Program-made: the position numbers and the translations under genes
NCBI GenBank assembly: GCA_910577375.1
Contig: CAJTLT010000001.1
Coordinates: 291,426-355,425 of the forward strand
DNA: 64,000 nt
DNA from: an uncultured Christensenella sp.
GTDB lineage: Bacteria > Bacillota > Clostridia > Christensenellales > Borkfalkiaceae
Reading direction: 5' to 3'
The notes under the pieces: generated by a model
The model's database searches: none
The model's input: only the letters and a program-made list of their open reading frames with translations
What the model was told of the DNA's origin: nothing
Shown here: in pieces, positions 9,087-19,499 of the stretch
How the letters are laid out: every line of letters starts with the position of its first letter
Position numbering within the stretch: the stretch's first letter is position 1

Positions 9087-10514
9087 ATGGAAAATAAAAA
9101 AGTTTTAATTACGGATACTATTTTGCGCGACGCGCATCAATCTCATGCCGCGACGCGTATGAAATTTGAAGAAATGGAGCCGATGCTTCCGCTTTTGGAC
9201 GATATCGGTTATTATTCGTTGGAAGCATGGGGCGGCGCAACATTTGACAGTTGTTTGCGTTTTTTGAATGAAGACCCGTGGGACAGATTGAGAAACCTAA
9301 AAAAATATTTAAAAAAGACTCCGATTCAGATGCTTTTACGCGGGCAAAATCTTTTAGGGTACCGCCATTATGCCGATGATGTTGTTGAAAAATTTATTGA
9401 AAAATCGGTTGAAAACGGCGTAGGCGTAATAAGGCTTTTTGATGCTTTAAACGACCCGAGAAATCTTGAAGCAAGTGCAAAAGCTATAAAGAAATACGGT
9501 GCTGGCGGAAAATGCGTTTGCGAGACAGCGATTTCTTACACCACAAGTCCGGTGCATACAACCGAATATTTTGTAAAACTTGCAAAACAGTTTGAGGATA
9601 TGGGCGCGGACAATATCTGTATAAAAGATATGGCAAACCTATTATTGCCTTTTACCGCATATGAGCTTGTAAAAGAACTTAAAGCTAAGCTTCGTCCCGA
9701 AACAAAAGTGCATCTTCATACGCATAACACTACCGGAACCGGCGATATGATTTATCTTATGGCTATTCAGGCGGGAGTTGATATTGTTGACTGTGCGCTT
9801 TCACCGCTTGGAAACGGAACTTCAAATCCTGCTACAGAACCGCTTGTCGCTACTTTGAAAGGTACGCAGTATGATACGGGCATTGATATTGAAAAATTAT
9901 TGCCTGCTGTAACACACTTCAATAAAGTAGCAGAAAGGCTTGAAAAAGACGGTTTCCTTAATCCCAAAGTGAGAAGAGTGGATATAAATACATTATTGTA
10001 TCAGGTTCCAGGCGGAATGCTTTCAAACCTTATGAACCAACTCAAACAAGCCGGTAAAGAAGAAAAGCTTTTGGAATGTCTTGCCGAAGTGCCCAAAGTA
10101 AGGGCAGACAGCGGTTATCCTCCGCTCGTAACTCCGTCAAGTCAAATTGTCGGTACTCAAGCAGTTTGGAACGTGCTGTTGGGCAGATATAAAACGATAA
10201 CGGCACAGTTTAAAGATATGATTTTGGGTAGATACGGCGCTGTTTTGGGAGAAAAGAATCAAGAAGTCGTTAAGATGTGTCAAAAAGACGGAGATAAGAT
10301 TATAACATGCCGTCCGGCAGATTTAATTGAAAATGAAATGCAGGAACTAACTCAAAAAGTAAAAGAAGACGGATTTTATAAGCAGGAAGAAGACGTTTTA
10401 TCTTACGCGCTTTTCCCCGAAGTTGCAACTAATTTCTTCAAATGGAGAAAAGCTAAGGAAACAGGCGTTGACAGCGATTTAGCTAATAATCCAAATAAAG
10501 TTTATCCTGTATAA
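9087..10514 (+). CDS. Oxaloacetate decarboxylase alpha / pyruvate carboxylase subunit B-type (5S) carboxyltransferase without a biotinyl domain
   Basis: 475 aa: ITDTILRDAHQSHAATRM ... HLHTHNTTG (TIM-barrel HMGL-like carboxyltransferase motifs). The ORF ends without an AMKM biotin domain. Confidence 0.85.
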   Translation: MENKKVLITDTILRDAHQSHAATRMKFEEMEPMLPLLDDIGYYSLEAWGGATFDSCLRFLNEDPWDRLRNLKKYLKKTPIQMLLRGQNLLGYRHYADDVVEKFIEKSVENGVGVIRLFDALNDPRNLEASAKAIKKYGAGGKCVCETAISYTTSPVHTTEYFVKLAKQFEDMGADNICIKDMANLLLPFTAYELVKELKAKLRPETKVHLHTHNTTGTGDMIYLMAIQAGVDIVDCALSPLGNGTSNPATEPLVATLKGTQYDTGIDIEKLLPAVTHFNKVAERLEKDGFLNPKVRRVDINTLLYQVPGGMLSNLMNQLKQAGKEEKLLECLAEVPKVRADSGYPPLVTPSSQIVGTQAVWNVLLGRYKTITAQFKDMILGRYGAVLGEKNQEVVKMCQKDGDKIITCRPADLIENEMQELTQKVKEDGFYKQEEDVLSYALFPEVATNFFKWRKAKETGVDSDLANNPNKVYPV

Positions 10515-10574
10515 AAATATAAACAACGGCGCGGAGCAATTCTGCGCCGCTTATCGTTTGATTGGAGAATTTTT

Positions 10575-11801
10575 ATGAAAAACGTGGCCGTAATAGGTGC
10601 GGGAGCAGCAGGTCTTATGGCTGCCTGTTTTGCAGCAAAAAACGGAAATAAAGTAACTTTATTTGAAAAAAATGAAAAATGCGGTAAAAAAATTTATATA
10701 ACAGGTAAAGGCAGATGTAATGTTACGCACAACTGTTCTTCAGCCGATTTTTTGGATAACGTTGTTAATAATTCTAAATTTTTGACAGGGGCAATTTATT
10801 CTTTTTCACCGGAAAAGTGCGTTAAATTTTTTGAGGAAGGCGGATTAAGGCTTAAATTAGAGCGCGGAGCAAGATATTTTCCCGTCTCAGATAAAGCTAG
10901 CGACGTAACTAAGTGCCTTGAAAATTATTGCATTAATGCTGGAGTTAACTTTAAATTTAGCGAAGAAGTTAAGAAAATCAATGTTTTACATAGTACTGTG
11001 TGTGGAATAATAACTACTAACGGCGAATATTTTTTTGATAAAATAATTGTTTGTACCGGCGGTTTAAGTTACCCGTCCACAGGCTCAACCGGCGATGGGT
11101 ATAAATTTGCGGAAAGTGTAGGGCATAGAATAATCTCATTAAAACAAGGGCTTTGCGGATTAAATTTAAAAGGCGATTTTTATAAAAATCTTCAAGGATT
11201 AACTTTGAAGAATGTTACTTTATCTGTTTATAATGGGGAAAAACTTTTAAAAGATTTTTTCGGGGAAATGCTTTTTACGCATTTTGGTATATCAGGACCA
11301 ATAGTTTTGTCTACATCAAGTTTAATAAATCGGTTGGACTTAAATAAAATTCGTATTGTTTTGGACTTAAAGCCCGCTTTATCAAATGAACAGCTTGAAA
11401 AGCGTATTTTACGGGATTTTGAGAGCTATAAAAATAAAAGCATATCAAATTGCTTAAAAGAGCTTTTGCCTTCGGCTTTGATTTCTGAAATTCTAAAAAG
11501 AAGTAATATTCCGTTTGATTTGAAAGTAAATTCGGTTACAAAAGCTCAAAGATTAAGTTTATTGACAACTTTGAAAAATTTTGATATTCTTGTAGCGTCT
11601 TTAAGGGATTTTACGGAAGCTATTATAACATCCGGCGGAGTTGACGTTAAAGAAATCAATCCGAAAACAATGGAAAGTAAGAAAGTTTCCGGTCTTTATT
11701 TTTGCGGCGAAGTACTTGATGTCGACGCGTTTACAGGCGGATATAATCTGCAAATTGCATTTGCCACAGGTTTTGCGGCAGGAAACAGTATAAAGGACTG
11801 A
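10575..11801 (+). CDS. BaiN/HI0933-family NAD(FAD)-utilising flavoprotein
   Basis: 408 aa with the N-terminal dinucleotide fold VAVIGAGAAGLMAA, the ITGKGRCNVT motif and a C-terminal GEVLDVDAFTGGYNLQIAFATG. Confidence 0.8.
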   Translation: MKNVAVIGAGAAGLMAACFAAKNGNKVTLFEKNEKCGKKIYITGKGRCNVTHNCSSADFLDNVVNNSKFLTGAIYSFSPEKCVKFFEEGGLRLKLERGARYFPVSDKASDVTKCLENYCINAGVNFKFSEEVKKINVLHSTVCGIITTNGEYFFDKIIVCTGGLSYPSTGSTGDGYKFAESVGHRIISLKQGLCGLNLKGDFYKNLQGLTLKNVTLSVYNGEKLLKDFFGEMLFTHFGISGPIVLSTSSLINRLDLNKIRIVLDLKPALSNEQLEKRILRDFESYKNKSISNCLKELLPSALISEILKRSNIPFDLKVNSVTKAQRLSLLTTLKNFDILVASLRDFTEAIITSGGVDVKEINPKTMESKKVSGLYFCGEVLDVDAFTGGYNLQIAFATGFAAGNSIKD

Positions 11802-11807
11802 TATATT

Positions 11808-12815
11808 ATGAAAGCTATACGCGGTGCTATTACCGTTGAAAACGATTGTGCGGAAGAAATCAAATTGGCAGTAGAGGAACTGCTCACGGAGATTCAAAAA
11901 AAGAATTTACTTAAAAATGAACAAATTGTATGTATTTTATTCTCCAATACAGATGATTTGCATTCTTTTTATCCTGCAAAAGTAGCGAGAGAAACGGGAT
12001 TTTTTCAAATTCCGTTGTATTCTTCACTTGAGCCGCATATAGAAGGTGCGTTGCCTAAATGTATTCGTATAATGATGCTTGTGGAAGCCGATTTAGTGCC
12101 TAAACACGTTTATTTAAGGGGCGCCGCAGTTTTGAGGAAAGATTTAACTGATATAATAAATATCGCGCTTGACGGGCCTGCCGGCAGCGGTAAAAGTACC
12201 GTGGCTAAAATTATTGCGCAAAAACTCAATATTTTGTGCCTTGATACCGGTGCAACTTACCGTGCTTGTGCTTTGGCTTGTGTCAAAGCACAAATTGACG
12301 TAAATGACGAAAAAGCCGTTTGTTCATTAATGGAGAAAACTAAGATTAATGTTTCTTATGAAAACGGAGTTCAACATACTTATCTAAACGGTGAAGAAGT
12401 TTCTTCCGTTATAAGACAAAACGAAATTTCAATGCTCGCATCTACTGTTTCGGCTCACGAATGTGTGAGGAGTAAAATGGTAAAATTACAACGTGAGACA
12501 GCTGAAACTATTTCTTGTGTGCTTGACGGAAGGGATATCGGTACTAATGTTTTGCCTAATGCCCGTTTTAAATTTTTTATGACAGCAAGCCCGGAAATAC
12601 GAGCAAAAAGACGCTTTGACGAATTGGTTTCAAAAGGTCAAAAAGTATCTTTTGAAGAATTGAAAAAGGAAATAATCAAGCGTGACGAGCAAGATAAATC
12701 AAGAAAAATTGCACCATTAAAGCAAGCAAAAGATGCAGTAATGATTGACACGTCTGATATGACGGCAGAATATGTTGCAGATTTTATATTAAAGATTATA
12801 CAGGAAAAAATTTAA
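11808..12815 (+). CDS. cmk: Fusion protein: AroH-type chorismate mutase (aa 1 to about 115) + cytidylate kinase (aa about 118 to 335)
   Basis: The N-terminus MKAIRGAITVENDCAEEI...FYPAKVARE...KCIRIMMLV matches monofunctional AroH. It is followed in frame by IALDGPAGSGKSTVAKIIAQKL...DGRDIGT..., which matches Cmk. Confidence 0.85.
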   Translation: MKAIRGAITVENDCAEEIKLAVEELLTEIQKKNLLKNEQIVCILFSNTDDLHSFYPAKVARETGFFQIPLYSSLEPHIEGALPKCIRIMMLVEADLVPKHVYLRGAAVLRKDLTDIINIALDGPAGSGKSTVAKIIAQKLNILCLDTGATYRACALACVKAQIDVNDEKAVCSLMEKTKINVSYENGVQHTYLNGEEVSSVIRQNEISMLASTVSAHECVRSKMVKLQRETAETISCVLDGRDIGTNVLPNARFKFFMTASPEIRAKRRFDELVSKGQKVSFEELKKEIIKRDEQDKSRKIAPLKQAKDAVMIDTSDMTAEYVADFILKIIQEKI

Positions 12816-13471
12816 TGTCTAAAAAACAGAAACTTACGAAGCTTGAAAAATGGTTTCGCTTTATGCGTCGTATCTATAAATATGTCGCGCGTCCGTTTTT
12901 GCCGTACAAAACATACGGGCATACAGAAAAATTCAATGACGGACCTTATATTTTTGTGGGCAATCACAAAAGCGTTTTGGATGTTATTCCTGCCGCTATG
13001 GCAACCGATAAAGCCGTTCATTTTATGTCAAAGAGCGAATTATCCCAAAAAGGCATTTCAAAATGGTTTATTAAAAAATGTGAATGCATTCCCGTTTCCC
13101 GTGACGGAACGGACGTAAGACCTGTAATGCAGGCTATGAAAATATTAAAATCCGGTGGTATAGTTTGTATTTTTCCGGAAGGAACCAGAAATAAAACCGA
13201 TAAAATGTTTTTACCGTTTAAAAGCGGTGCCGCGGCTCTTTCAATAAAAACAAAAACTCCTATAGTTCCTTTTGTTCAGGTGTCAAAAATCAAGTTTTTC
13301 AGAAAATCCCATTTTTATTATGGCGAGCCGTTTGAACTGTCTGAATTTTACGGTAAAAAACTTACTCAGGCAGAAATCGAAAAGGCAGACGAGGCTTTGG
13401 TAAAAATGCTTACGGATTTATATATTAAACTTGAAAACATATTGAAATCAAAGAAAAAGAATAAAAAATAA
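12815..13471 (+). CDS. plsC: 1-acyl-sn-glycerol-3-phosphate acyltransferase
   Basis: 218 aa with acyltransferase motifs NHKSVLD (H-x4-D) and FPEGTRN. The start overlaps the cmk stop. Confidence 0.85.
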   Translation: MSKKQKLTKLEKWFRFMRRIYKYVARPFLPYKTYGHTEKFNDGPYIFVGNHKSVLDVIPAAMATDKAVHFMSKSELSQKGISKWFIKKCECIPVSRDGTDVRPVMQAMKILKSGGIVCIFPEGTRNKTDKMFLPFKSGAAALSIKTKTPIVPFVQVSKIKFFRKSHFYYGEPFELSEFYGKKLTQAEIEKADEALVKMLTDLYIKLENILKSKKKNKK

Positions 13472-15564
13472 TGGAAATAATATTAGCGGAAAATAGCGGT
13501 TTTTGCTCAGGGGTAAGGCATGCGGTTAATACTGCTATGAATCTGAACGTTGAAAATGCATATGTTTTAGGCGAAATTATCCATAATCCGAACGTAGTTA
13601 AAGCTATACGAGAAAAAGGGCTTGTCACGGTAGATAGCTTGAATGAAGTTCCTGACGGCGCAACAGTTGTTTTTCGTTCGCATGGCGTACCTGAAAAATA
13701 TTACGGAGAATGTGAGCGTAGGGGAATAAACGTCGTTGACTGTACTTGCAGTTTTGTTAAAAGAACACAGAAAATAGTTAAAGAACAATACGCTTTAGGA
13801 AAACATATTGTCATAATCGGAGAACATGCGCATCCGGAGGTTACAGGTCTTTTGGGATGGTGCGAAGATTCGGCGACAGTTGTAAACGATTTAACCGCAA
13901 TTCCTGACTACATTACAAAAAAAGAGCTTTGTATAGTATGCCAAACTACATTTTCAGCTGAAAAATTTGCAAAAATTATTGAAAATATTAAAAAAGTCTG
14001 TGAAAAAACAGTTGCTGTTTTTACAACGATTTGTTATACTACTATAGCGAGACAGAAAGAGGTTGAAAATCTTTCTGCCCAGTGCGAAGCAGTGTTGGTA
14101 ATAGGCGGTTTAAACAGCAGTAATACCAACAAGCTTTATGAACTTGCTAAAAAGCACTGTAAAAATGTTTTCAGGCTTTCCTCTGCGGAAAGTTTAGATA
14201 TTACAAAAATTAAAAATTTTAAAAGTTTAGGTATTGTTTCAGGGGCGTCAACTCCCGACGAACAAACCCGGGAGGTTCTTTTAAAGATGGCAGTAAACAC
14301 AGAAGTTAAGGCAAACCCTATGGACGAGGCTCTTGCTGAAATTGACAACAAGTCGAAGTTCAAAAAAGGCGACAAAGTATCGGCGATTATATCCAACGCA
14401 AACGATGAAGGATTGCAGGTGCTTTTGCCTAATACGAAAGCGGAAGTCGCTTTGAATAAAGAAGAGCTTGACTGCGAAGTATATAACGCGGCTGACTATT
14501 CAAAGCAGATTGGCGACTCCATCGATTTGATTGTTATCGGTCTTAATCCGGTTAAGCTGTCGCAGAAAAAGATTAAAGAAATACAGCAGGAAGAGGCATT
14601 GACCGGTGAAATCGAAGATGGTAAAGAATTTTCCGTTGTTTGTACAGGTTGCAACAAAGGCGGACTTACAGCGCAGCTCGGAACTTATTCGGTATTTGTT
14701 CCGGCAAAAGAAATTCGCCCCGGATTTGTAAAAGATTTGGCTAAATATGAAGGCAAAACTCTTCGCCTGCGTGCGCTTGAAATCAAGAAAAGTGGCGCAA
14801 GAAAAGAAATAATTGCTTCTCAGCGCGTTATTTTACAGGAAGAACGCGATGCTCGCGATGCTGTAAGAGCTGCAAAAGAAGATGAGTTTTTTGCGAATAT
14901 TACAGTCGGTGACGTAGTTGAAGGAAAAGTTGAAAGGGCTACAAATTTTGGCGCGTTCGTATCTGTAGGCGGTTTTGATTGCCTTGCTCATATTACGGAT
15001 TTATCTTGGACGGGTGTAAGTGCCGTTACCGACGTTTTGGAAATCGGAAAAGTTTACGAATTTATCATTTTAAAGATTGATAAAGAAAACAAAAAGGTTT
15101 CTATCGGATATAAACAATTACAGCCCCAGCCTTGGGATTTGGTAGATGGAAAATATAACGTCGGAGATGTTATTCACGGAAAAGTAGTCAGAATAGTTCC
15201 TTTCGGTGCGTTTGTTGAAGTTGAAAAGGGAATAGATGGGCTTGTTCATGTTTCCCAGATTACTCATGAAAGAATCGAAACCCCCGCAACCGTTCTTAAT
15301 GTTGGGGATGAAGTAGACGCGAAGATTATCGCTGTTGATACAGAGGCAAGAAAAATGAATCTCTCTATCAAAGCTCTTCTTCCTGAAGGCGAAAAGAGAA
15401 AGCATGGAAACGAAGAAAATGGGGAAGAAGTTGCGCCTAAAAAAGGCGGTCGCGCTCCCAGACGCGGTATAACCAGTGACGACGAACTTTCTACTTGGAA
15501 CGAAGGAAGTATCGGCGGAACTTCTATTGCCGACCTTCTTGCCAATGCAAAAAAGAATAAATAA
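13471..15564 (+). CDS. ispH: Bifunctional 4-hydroxy-3-methylbut-2-enyl diphosphate reductase (IspH) / ribosomal protein S1-like
   Basis: 697 aa. The N-terminal 280 aa or so is IspH (GFCSGVRHAV, HNPNVV, VIGGLNSSNT). The C-terminal part carries four S1 repeats (e.g. GDVVEGKVERATNFGAFVSV, GDVIHGKVVRIVPFGAFVEV). This fusion is common in Clostridia. Confidence 0.9.
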   Translation: MEIILAENSGFCSGVRHAVNTAMNLNVENAYVLGEIIHNPNVVKAIREKGLVTVDSLNEVPDGATVVFRSHGVPEKYYGECERRGINVVDCTCSFVKRTQKIVKEQYALGKHIVIIGEHAHPEVTGLLGWCEDSATVVNDLTAIPDYITKKELCIVCQTTFSAEKFAKIIENIKKVCEKTVAVFTTICYTTIARQKEVENLSAQCEAVLVIGGLNSSNTNKLYELAKKHCKNVFRLSSAESLDITKIKNFKSLGIVSGASTPDEQTREVLLKMAVNTEVKANPMDEALAEIDNKSKFKKGDKVSAIISNANDEGLQVLLPNTKAEVALNKEELDCEVYNAADYSKQIGDSIDLIVIGLNPVKLSQKKIKEIQQEEALTGEIEDGKEFSVVCTGCNKGGLTAQLGTYSVFVPAKEIRPGFVKDLAKYEGKTLRLRALEIKKSGARKEIIASQRVILQEERDARDAVRAAKEDEFFANITVGDVVEGKVERATNFGAFVSVGGFDCLAHITDLSWTGVSAVTDVLEIGKVYEFIILKIDKENKKVSIGYKQLQPQPWDLVDGKYNVGDVIHGKVVRIVPFGAFVEVEKGIDGLVHVSQITHERIETPATVLNVGDEVDAKIIAVDTEARKMNLSIKALLPEGEKRKHGNEENGEEVAPKKGGRAPRRGITSDDELSTWNEGSIGGTSIADLLANAKKNK

Positions 15565-15576
15565 GTTTTTTAGTAA

Positions 15577-15606
15577 AGTCCCGCTGTTTTTGCGGGGCTT
15601 TTTTTG
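15577..15606 (+). terminator. Intrinsic terminator after ispH-S1
   Basis: agtcccgc-tgttttt-gcggggct stem followed by an 8-T run. Confidence 0.7.
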
Positions 15607-15669
15607 TTTAATACTTTAAGTAGGGGTTTATAAAATAACTGTAAATTTTTGTAATTTAAGAGGTGACTT

Positions 15670-17490
15670 ATGAAAAGAGAAGGAAATATCAAAATTTCAA
15701 GCGAAAATATGATGCCAATTATAAAAAAGTGGCTGTATTCGGATAAGGATATATTTTTGCGCGAAATTGTCGCCAACGGCGTAGATGCTATAACAAAATT
15801 CAAAAAGCTTGTAAATATGGGCGAAGCTCAAGAAAACGGCGAAGAATATTGTTTGAAAATTTCTGTAGATAAAAAGGCTAAAACTCTTACCGTGGATGAT
15901 AACGGAATCGGTATGACAGAAGAAGAGGTCGAGAGCTATATTACGCAAATTGCATTTTCCGGAGCGTCTGATTTCTTACAGAAATATGAAAAGGCTGGCG
16001 GAGACGGTATAATCGGTCATTTCGGGCTTGGTTTTTACTCGGTTTATATGGTTTCCGAAAATGTTGAAATTTTTACAAAATCTTATAAAGATGTTCCAGC
16101 GGTTCATTGGGAAAGTGACGGTAATGCCACTTATAGTATAGAAGAATGCGATAAAGTTACGCGCGGAACAAAAATAGTTTTGCATATTTCCGCAGAAGAA
16201 AAAGAATTTCTTGATGAAAACACAATCAAAAACTTAGTAAGAAAATACTGTTCATTTATGCCCTTTAATGTGTATGTTTCATACAAGGGCGATGGAAAGG
16301 ATGAACCTCTAAACTCAATTTTGCCGCTTTACGCTAAAAATCCTAAGGATTGCACGGACGAAAATTATAAAACTTTCTATACGGATACCTTTATGGATTA
16401 TAATGAGCCTATTTTCTGGGTTCATTTGAATATGGATTATCCTTTCAAACTGAAAGGTATTCTTTATTTCCCTAAGGTTAAAAACAAATTGGAGCTTGAA
16501 AGAGGAAAGGTCAAACTTTATTGTAATCAGGTTTTTATTGCTGATAATATAAAAGAAGTAATTCCGGAATTTTTAATGCTCTTAAACGGTGTTATCGATT
16601 GCCCGGATATTCCATTAAATGTTTCCCGCAGTTTTTTGCAGAATGATAAACAAGTACAGAAAATCAGCAAGCATATAACTAAAAAAGTTGCCGACAAGCT
16701 TATATCGCTGTTTAAAAACGATAGGGAAAAATTTGAAAATTGCTGGAGCGATGTAGCAAACTTCGTAAAATTCGGATGTATTAAGGATAATGAATTTTAT
16801 GAAAAAATCAAAGATATAATAATTTATAAAGATATCAACGGTAAATTTGCTAATTTTTCGGAATTCATAGGTATTGAAAATAAGGAAACTGTTGAAACAG
16901 CGGGAAATAAAGAAAGCAAGCCGACAACAATATATTATGTTTCGGATGAACAGCAACAAGCACAATATATTAAGTTGTTCAAAGATGAGGGATTGAATGC
17001 AATCCTGTGTGACAATTTTATTGACCCACATTTTCTTAGCTTTTTGGAATATAAAACTCCGGATAAACTCAAATTTACGCGTATAGATGCTGATTTGGAC
17101 GGCGCGCTCAAAAATATCGAAGAGGCTGACGACAGTGTAATTGTCGATATTTTCAAAAATGCGGTTTCCAACGATAAAATAACGGTAAAAATCCAGTCGC
17201 TTAAAAATGAAAGTGTTCCGGCTGTAATAGTTGTTGACGAATATATGCGGCGTTACAGTGAAATGGGGCAAATTTATGGTATGAGCGAAGGCGATTTAGC
17301 TAAAACTCTCATAATTAATATTAATAATGAAGTTGTTTCCAAAATAAAAGAATTAGATGAAAATAAACAAAAGTTTGTTGCCGAGTACATTTATTTGCTT
17401 GCTTTGTCATCGTTTAAAAAATTGACGAATGAGGAATCGGAAAAATTTCAGAAGAGTTGTTTTGCGCTTTTGAAAGATTACGCCAAATAA
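15670..17490 (+). CDS. htpG: Molecular chaperone HtpG (Hsp90)
   Basis: 606 aa with LYSDKDIFLREIVANGVDA and DNGIGMT (GHKL ATPase N-domain). Length fits bacterial Hsp90. SD AAGAGGTG upstream. Confidence 0.95.
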   Translation: MKREGNIKISSENMMPIIKKWLYSDKDIFLREIVANGVDAITKFKKLVNMGEAQENGEEYCLKISVDKKAKTLTVDDNGIGMTEEEVESYITQIAFSGASDFLQKYEKAGGDGIIGHFGLGFYSVYMVSENVEIFTKSYKDVPAVHWESDGNATYSIEECDKVTRGTKIVLHISAEEKEFLDENTIKNLVRKYCSFMPFNVYVSYKGDGKDEPLNSILPLYAKNPKDCTDENYKTFYTDTFMDYNEPIFWVHLNMDYPFKLKGILYFPKVKNKLELERGKVKLYCNQVFIADNIKEVIPEFLMLLNGVIDCPDIPLNVSRSFLQNDKQVQKISKHITKKVADKLISLFKNDREKFENCWSDVANFVKFGCIKDNEFYEKIKDIIIYKDINGKFANFSEFIGIENKETVETAGNKESKPTTIYYVSDEQQQAQYIKLFKDEGLNAILCDNFIDPHFLSFLEYKTPDKLKFTRIDADLDGALKNIEEADDSVIVDIFKNAVSNDKITVKIQSLKNESVPAVIVVDEYMRRYSEMGQIYGMSEGDLAKTLIININNEVVSKIKELDENKQKFVAEYIYLLALSSFKKLTNEESEKFQKSCFALLKDYAK

Positions 17491-17501
17491 TGAAAGATTG
17501 T

Positions 17502-17531
17502 AACCGTCCCGCTTATCGGGACGGTTTTTTT
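17502..17531 (+). terminator. Intrinsic terminator after htpG
   Basis: aaccgtcccg-cttat-cgggacggtt followed by a T-run. Confidence 0.8.
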
Positions 17532-17625
17532 GTTTATTATAACAATAAAAATAATATAAAAACTTTACAGTTTTTTTTAATTGTGTATTGAAAAAATTAT
17601 ATTAGTATGATAAAATAAATTAGGT

Positions 17626-19482
17626 ATGGATAGCGGGTTGCCTTTAAAAAAAAGGCTTGAAAATTTTCATAGCGGAAACGAATTTAAAGCTTATGAAATT
17701 TTCGGTTGCCATAAATGCGGTGAAAACAAATATGTTTTCCGTGTTTGGGCTCCGCATGCAAAAACCGTCAAGCTTTGCGGTACATTCAGTAACAAAAATG
17801 AAACAATTGAAATGCAGCATTTGTCAGACGGCGAAAGTTTTGAAATATGTACGCAAGCTCGAGCGGGAGATATTTATAATTTTCTGATTATAACCGATGA
17901 CGGCAGAGAATTGTTTAAAGCAGACCCGTATGCATTTAAATCGGATTTCCCGAACTCGTTTTCATCTGTAGTTTGCGATTTGTTTGAATCTTCGGATTAT
18001 AATGATTTATTGGTTCCTCACGATTTTTCTGAGCCGATTAACATATATGAATTGAATTTAATGTCTTGGAAGAGACACGTTGATAATTCGTATTATAGTT
18101 TTAAAGAATTGGTAGAAGAACTTGTTCCATACGTTAAGCAAATGGGCTATACCCACGTTGAACTTATGCCTGTTACCGAATTTCCGTTTGACGGTTCTTG
18201 GGGATATCAGGTTACAGGATATTTTTCGGTTCTGTCACGTCTTGGAACTTTGGAAGATTTTAAAAATTTAATTGAAGACTTTCACAAAAACGGAATTAAA
18301 GTAATTTTGGATTGGGTTCCTGCGCATTTTCCGAAAGATGATTGGGGTCTTTATGAATTTGACGGCCAGCCGCTTTATGAATGCCCTCTTTGGGACAGAA
18401 TGGAGCAACATAGCTGGGGTACTCGACGATTCGACTATGGTCGTGGTGAAGTTAGCAGCTTTTTGCTTTCGAGCGCTTATTTCTTTTTTGATAAATTCAA
18501 AATAGACGGATTGCGGGTAGACGCTGTTGCCTCAATAATTTATCTTGATTATGACCGGAATAAGGGTGATTTTACACCTAATTGTGACGGCGGAAATCTT
18601 AATTACGAAGGAATAGGCTTTATTAAAAAGTTTAATTCGGTTATATTGAACAACTTTGTCGGAGCAATTACAATTGCGGAAGAATCTACGGCCTTTCCTA
18701 AAGTGACGGGTAATATTGCTGACGGCGGACTGGGATTTTCTTATAAATGGAATATGGGTTGGATGAATGACGTGCTGTTTTATTGCCGGCAAGACCCGTA
18801 TTTCAGAAATCATCATCACAGTAAAATGACGTTTTCGCTTGTTTACGCATTTTCGGAAAGATTCATTTTGCCGCTCTCTCATGATGAAGTAGTGCACGTT
18901 AAAGGTTCCATTATTAATAAAATGTCTGGCGAATACGAAGATAAGTTCGCCGGCGAAAGATTATTGCTAGCATTTATGTATGCCCATCCTGGTAAAAAAC
19001 TCAACTTTATGGGCTATGAGGTCGGACAGTTTAAAGAGTGGGATTACTGTGCCGGTATCGATTTATTTTTGGCAGAGAAATTTGAACTGCATACAAAAAT
19101 GCGTGAGTTTGTAAAATACCTTAACGATATTTATAAAACAAATCCAGCTTTTTTTAAAAACGATTTTGCTTGGGATGGATTTGAGTGGCTTGTTGTAGAT
19201 GATAAATATAATAATTTTTTTGCATTTTCAAGATACGGCGGAAAGCAAAGCGTTACTGCGCTTATGAACTTTTCAGGCGTAGATATAAAAAATTATAAAG
19301 TCGGAATAAATAAAGGCAAGTACCGAGTAATTTTAAATACCGACGATAAAAAATTCGGCGGAAAAGGTACACAAAGAAAAAAAGTATTTAATACGGTTAG
19401 GCAAACGTGCGGGAATAAGGAGTATTCTATTACTGTTGATATTCCGAGGCTTGCATGTATGTATATTATCAAAGTAAATTAA
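17626..19482 (+). CDS. glgB: 1,4-alpha-glucan branching enzyme
   Basis: 618 aa with GH13 motifs ([33 protein letters not shown]) and a GlgB-like N-terminal domain. Confidence 0.9.
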   Translation: MDSGLPLKKRLENFHSGNEFKAYEIFGCHKCGENKYVFRVWAPHAKTVKLCGTFSNKNETIEMQHLSDGESFEICTQARAGDIYNFLIITDDGRELFKADPYAFKSDFPNSFSSVVCDLFESSDYNDLLVPHDFSEPINIYELNLMSWKRHVDNSYYSFKELVEELVPYVKQMGYTHVELMPVTEFPFDGSWGYQVTGYFSVLSRLGTLEDFKNLIEDFHKNGIKVILDWVPAHFPKDDWGLYEFDGQPLYECPLWDRMEQHSWGTRRFDYGRGEVSSFLLSSAYFFFDKFKIDGLRVDAVASIIYLDYDRNKGDFTPNCDGGNLNYEGIGFIKKFNSVILNNFVGAITIAEESTAFPKVTGNIADGGLGFSYKWNMGWMNDVLFYCRQDPYFRNHHHSKMTFSLVYAFSERFILPLSHDEVVHVKGSIINKMSGEYEDKFAGERLLLAFMYAHPGKKLNFMGYEVGQFKEWDYCAGIDLFLAEKFELHTKMREFVKYLNDIYKTNPAFFKNDFAWDGFEWLVVDDKYNNFFAFSRYGGKQSVTALMNFSGVDIKNYKVGINKGKYRVILNTDDKKFGGKGTQRKKVFNTVRQTCGNKEYSITVDIPRLACMYIIKVN

Positions 19483-19499
19483 TTTTGGGGGATTTAGCA

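Noticed and set aside
16615-17271. 218-aa ORF antisense to htpG
   Set aside because: A shadow frame inside a well-supported CDS, with low-complexity F/I/N-rich translation.
17588-17626. TTGAAA-17-TAAAAT promoter-like sequence ending 9 nt before the glgB ATG (possible leaderless glgB)
   Set aside because: The -10 is so close to the ATG that either the mRNA is leaderless or this is a chance AT-rich match. It cannot be decided from sequence, so it is not reported as a feature.
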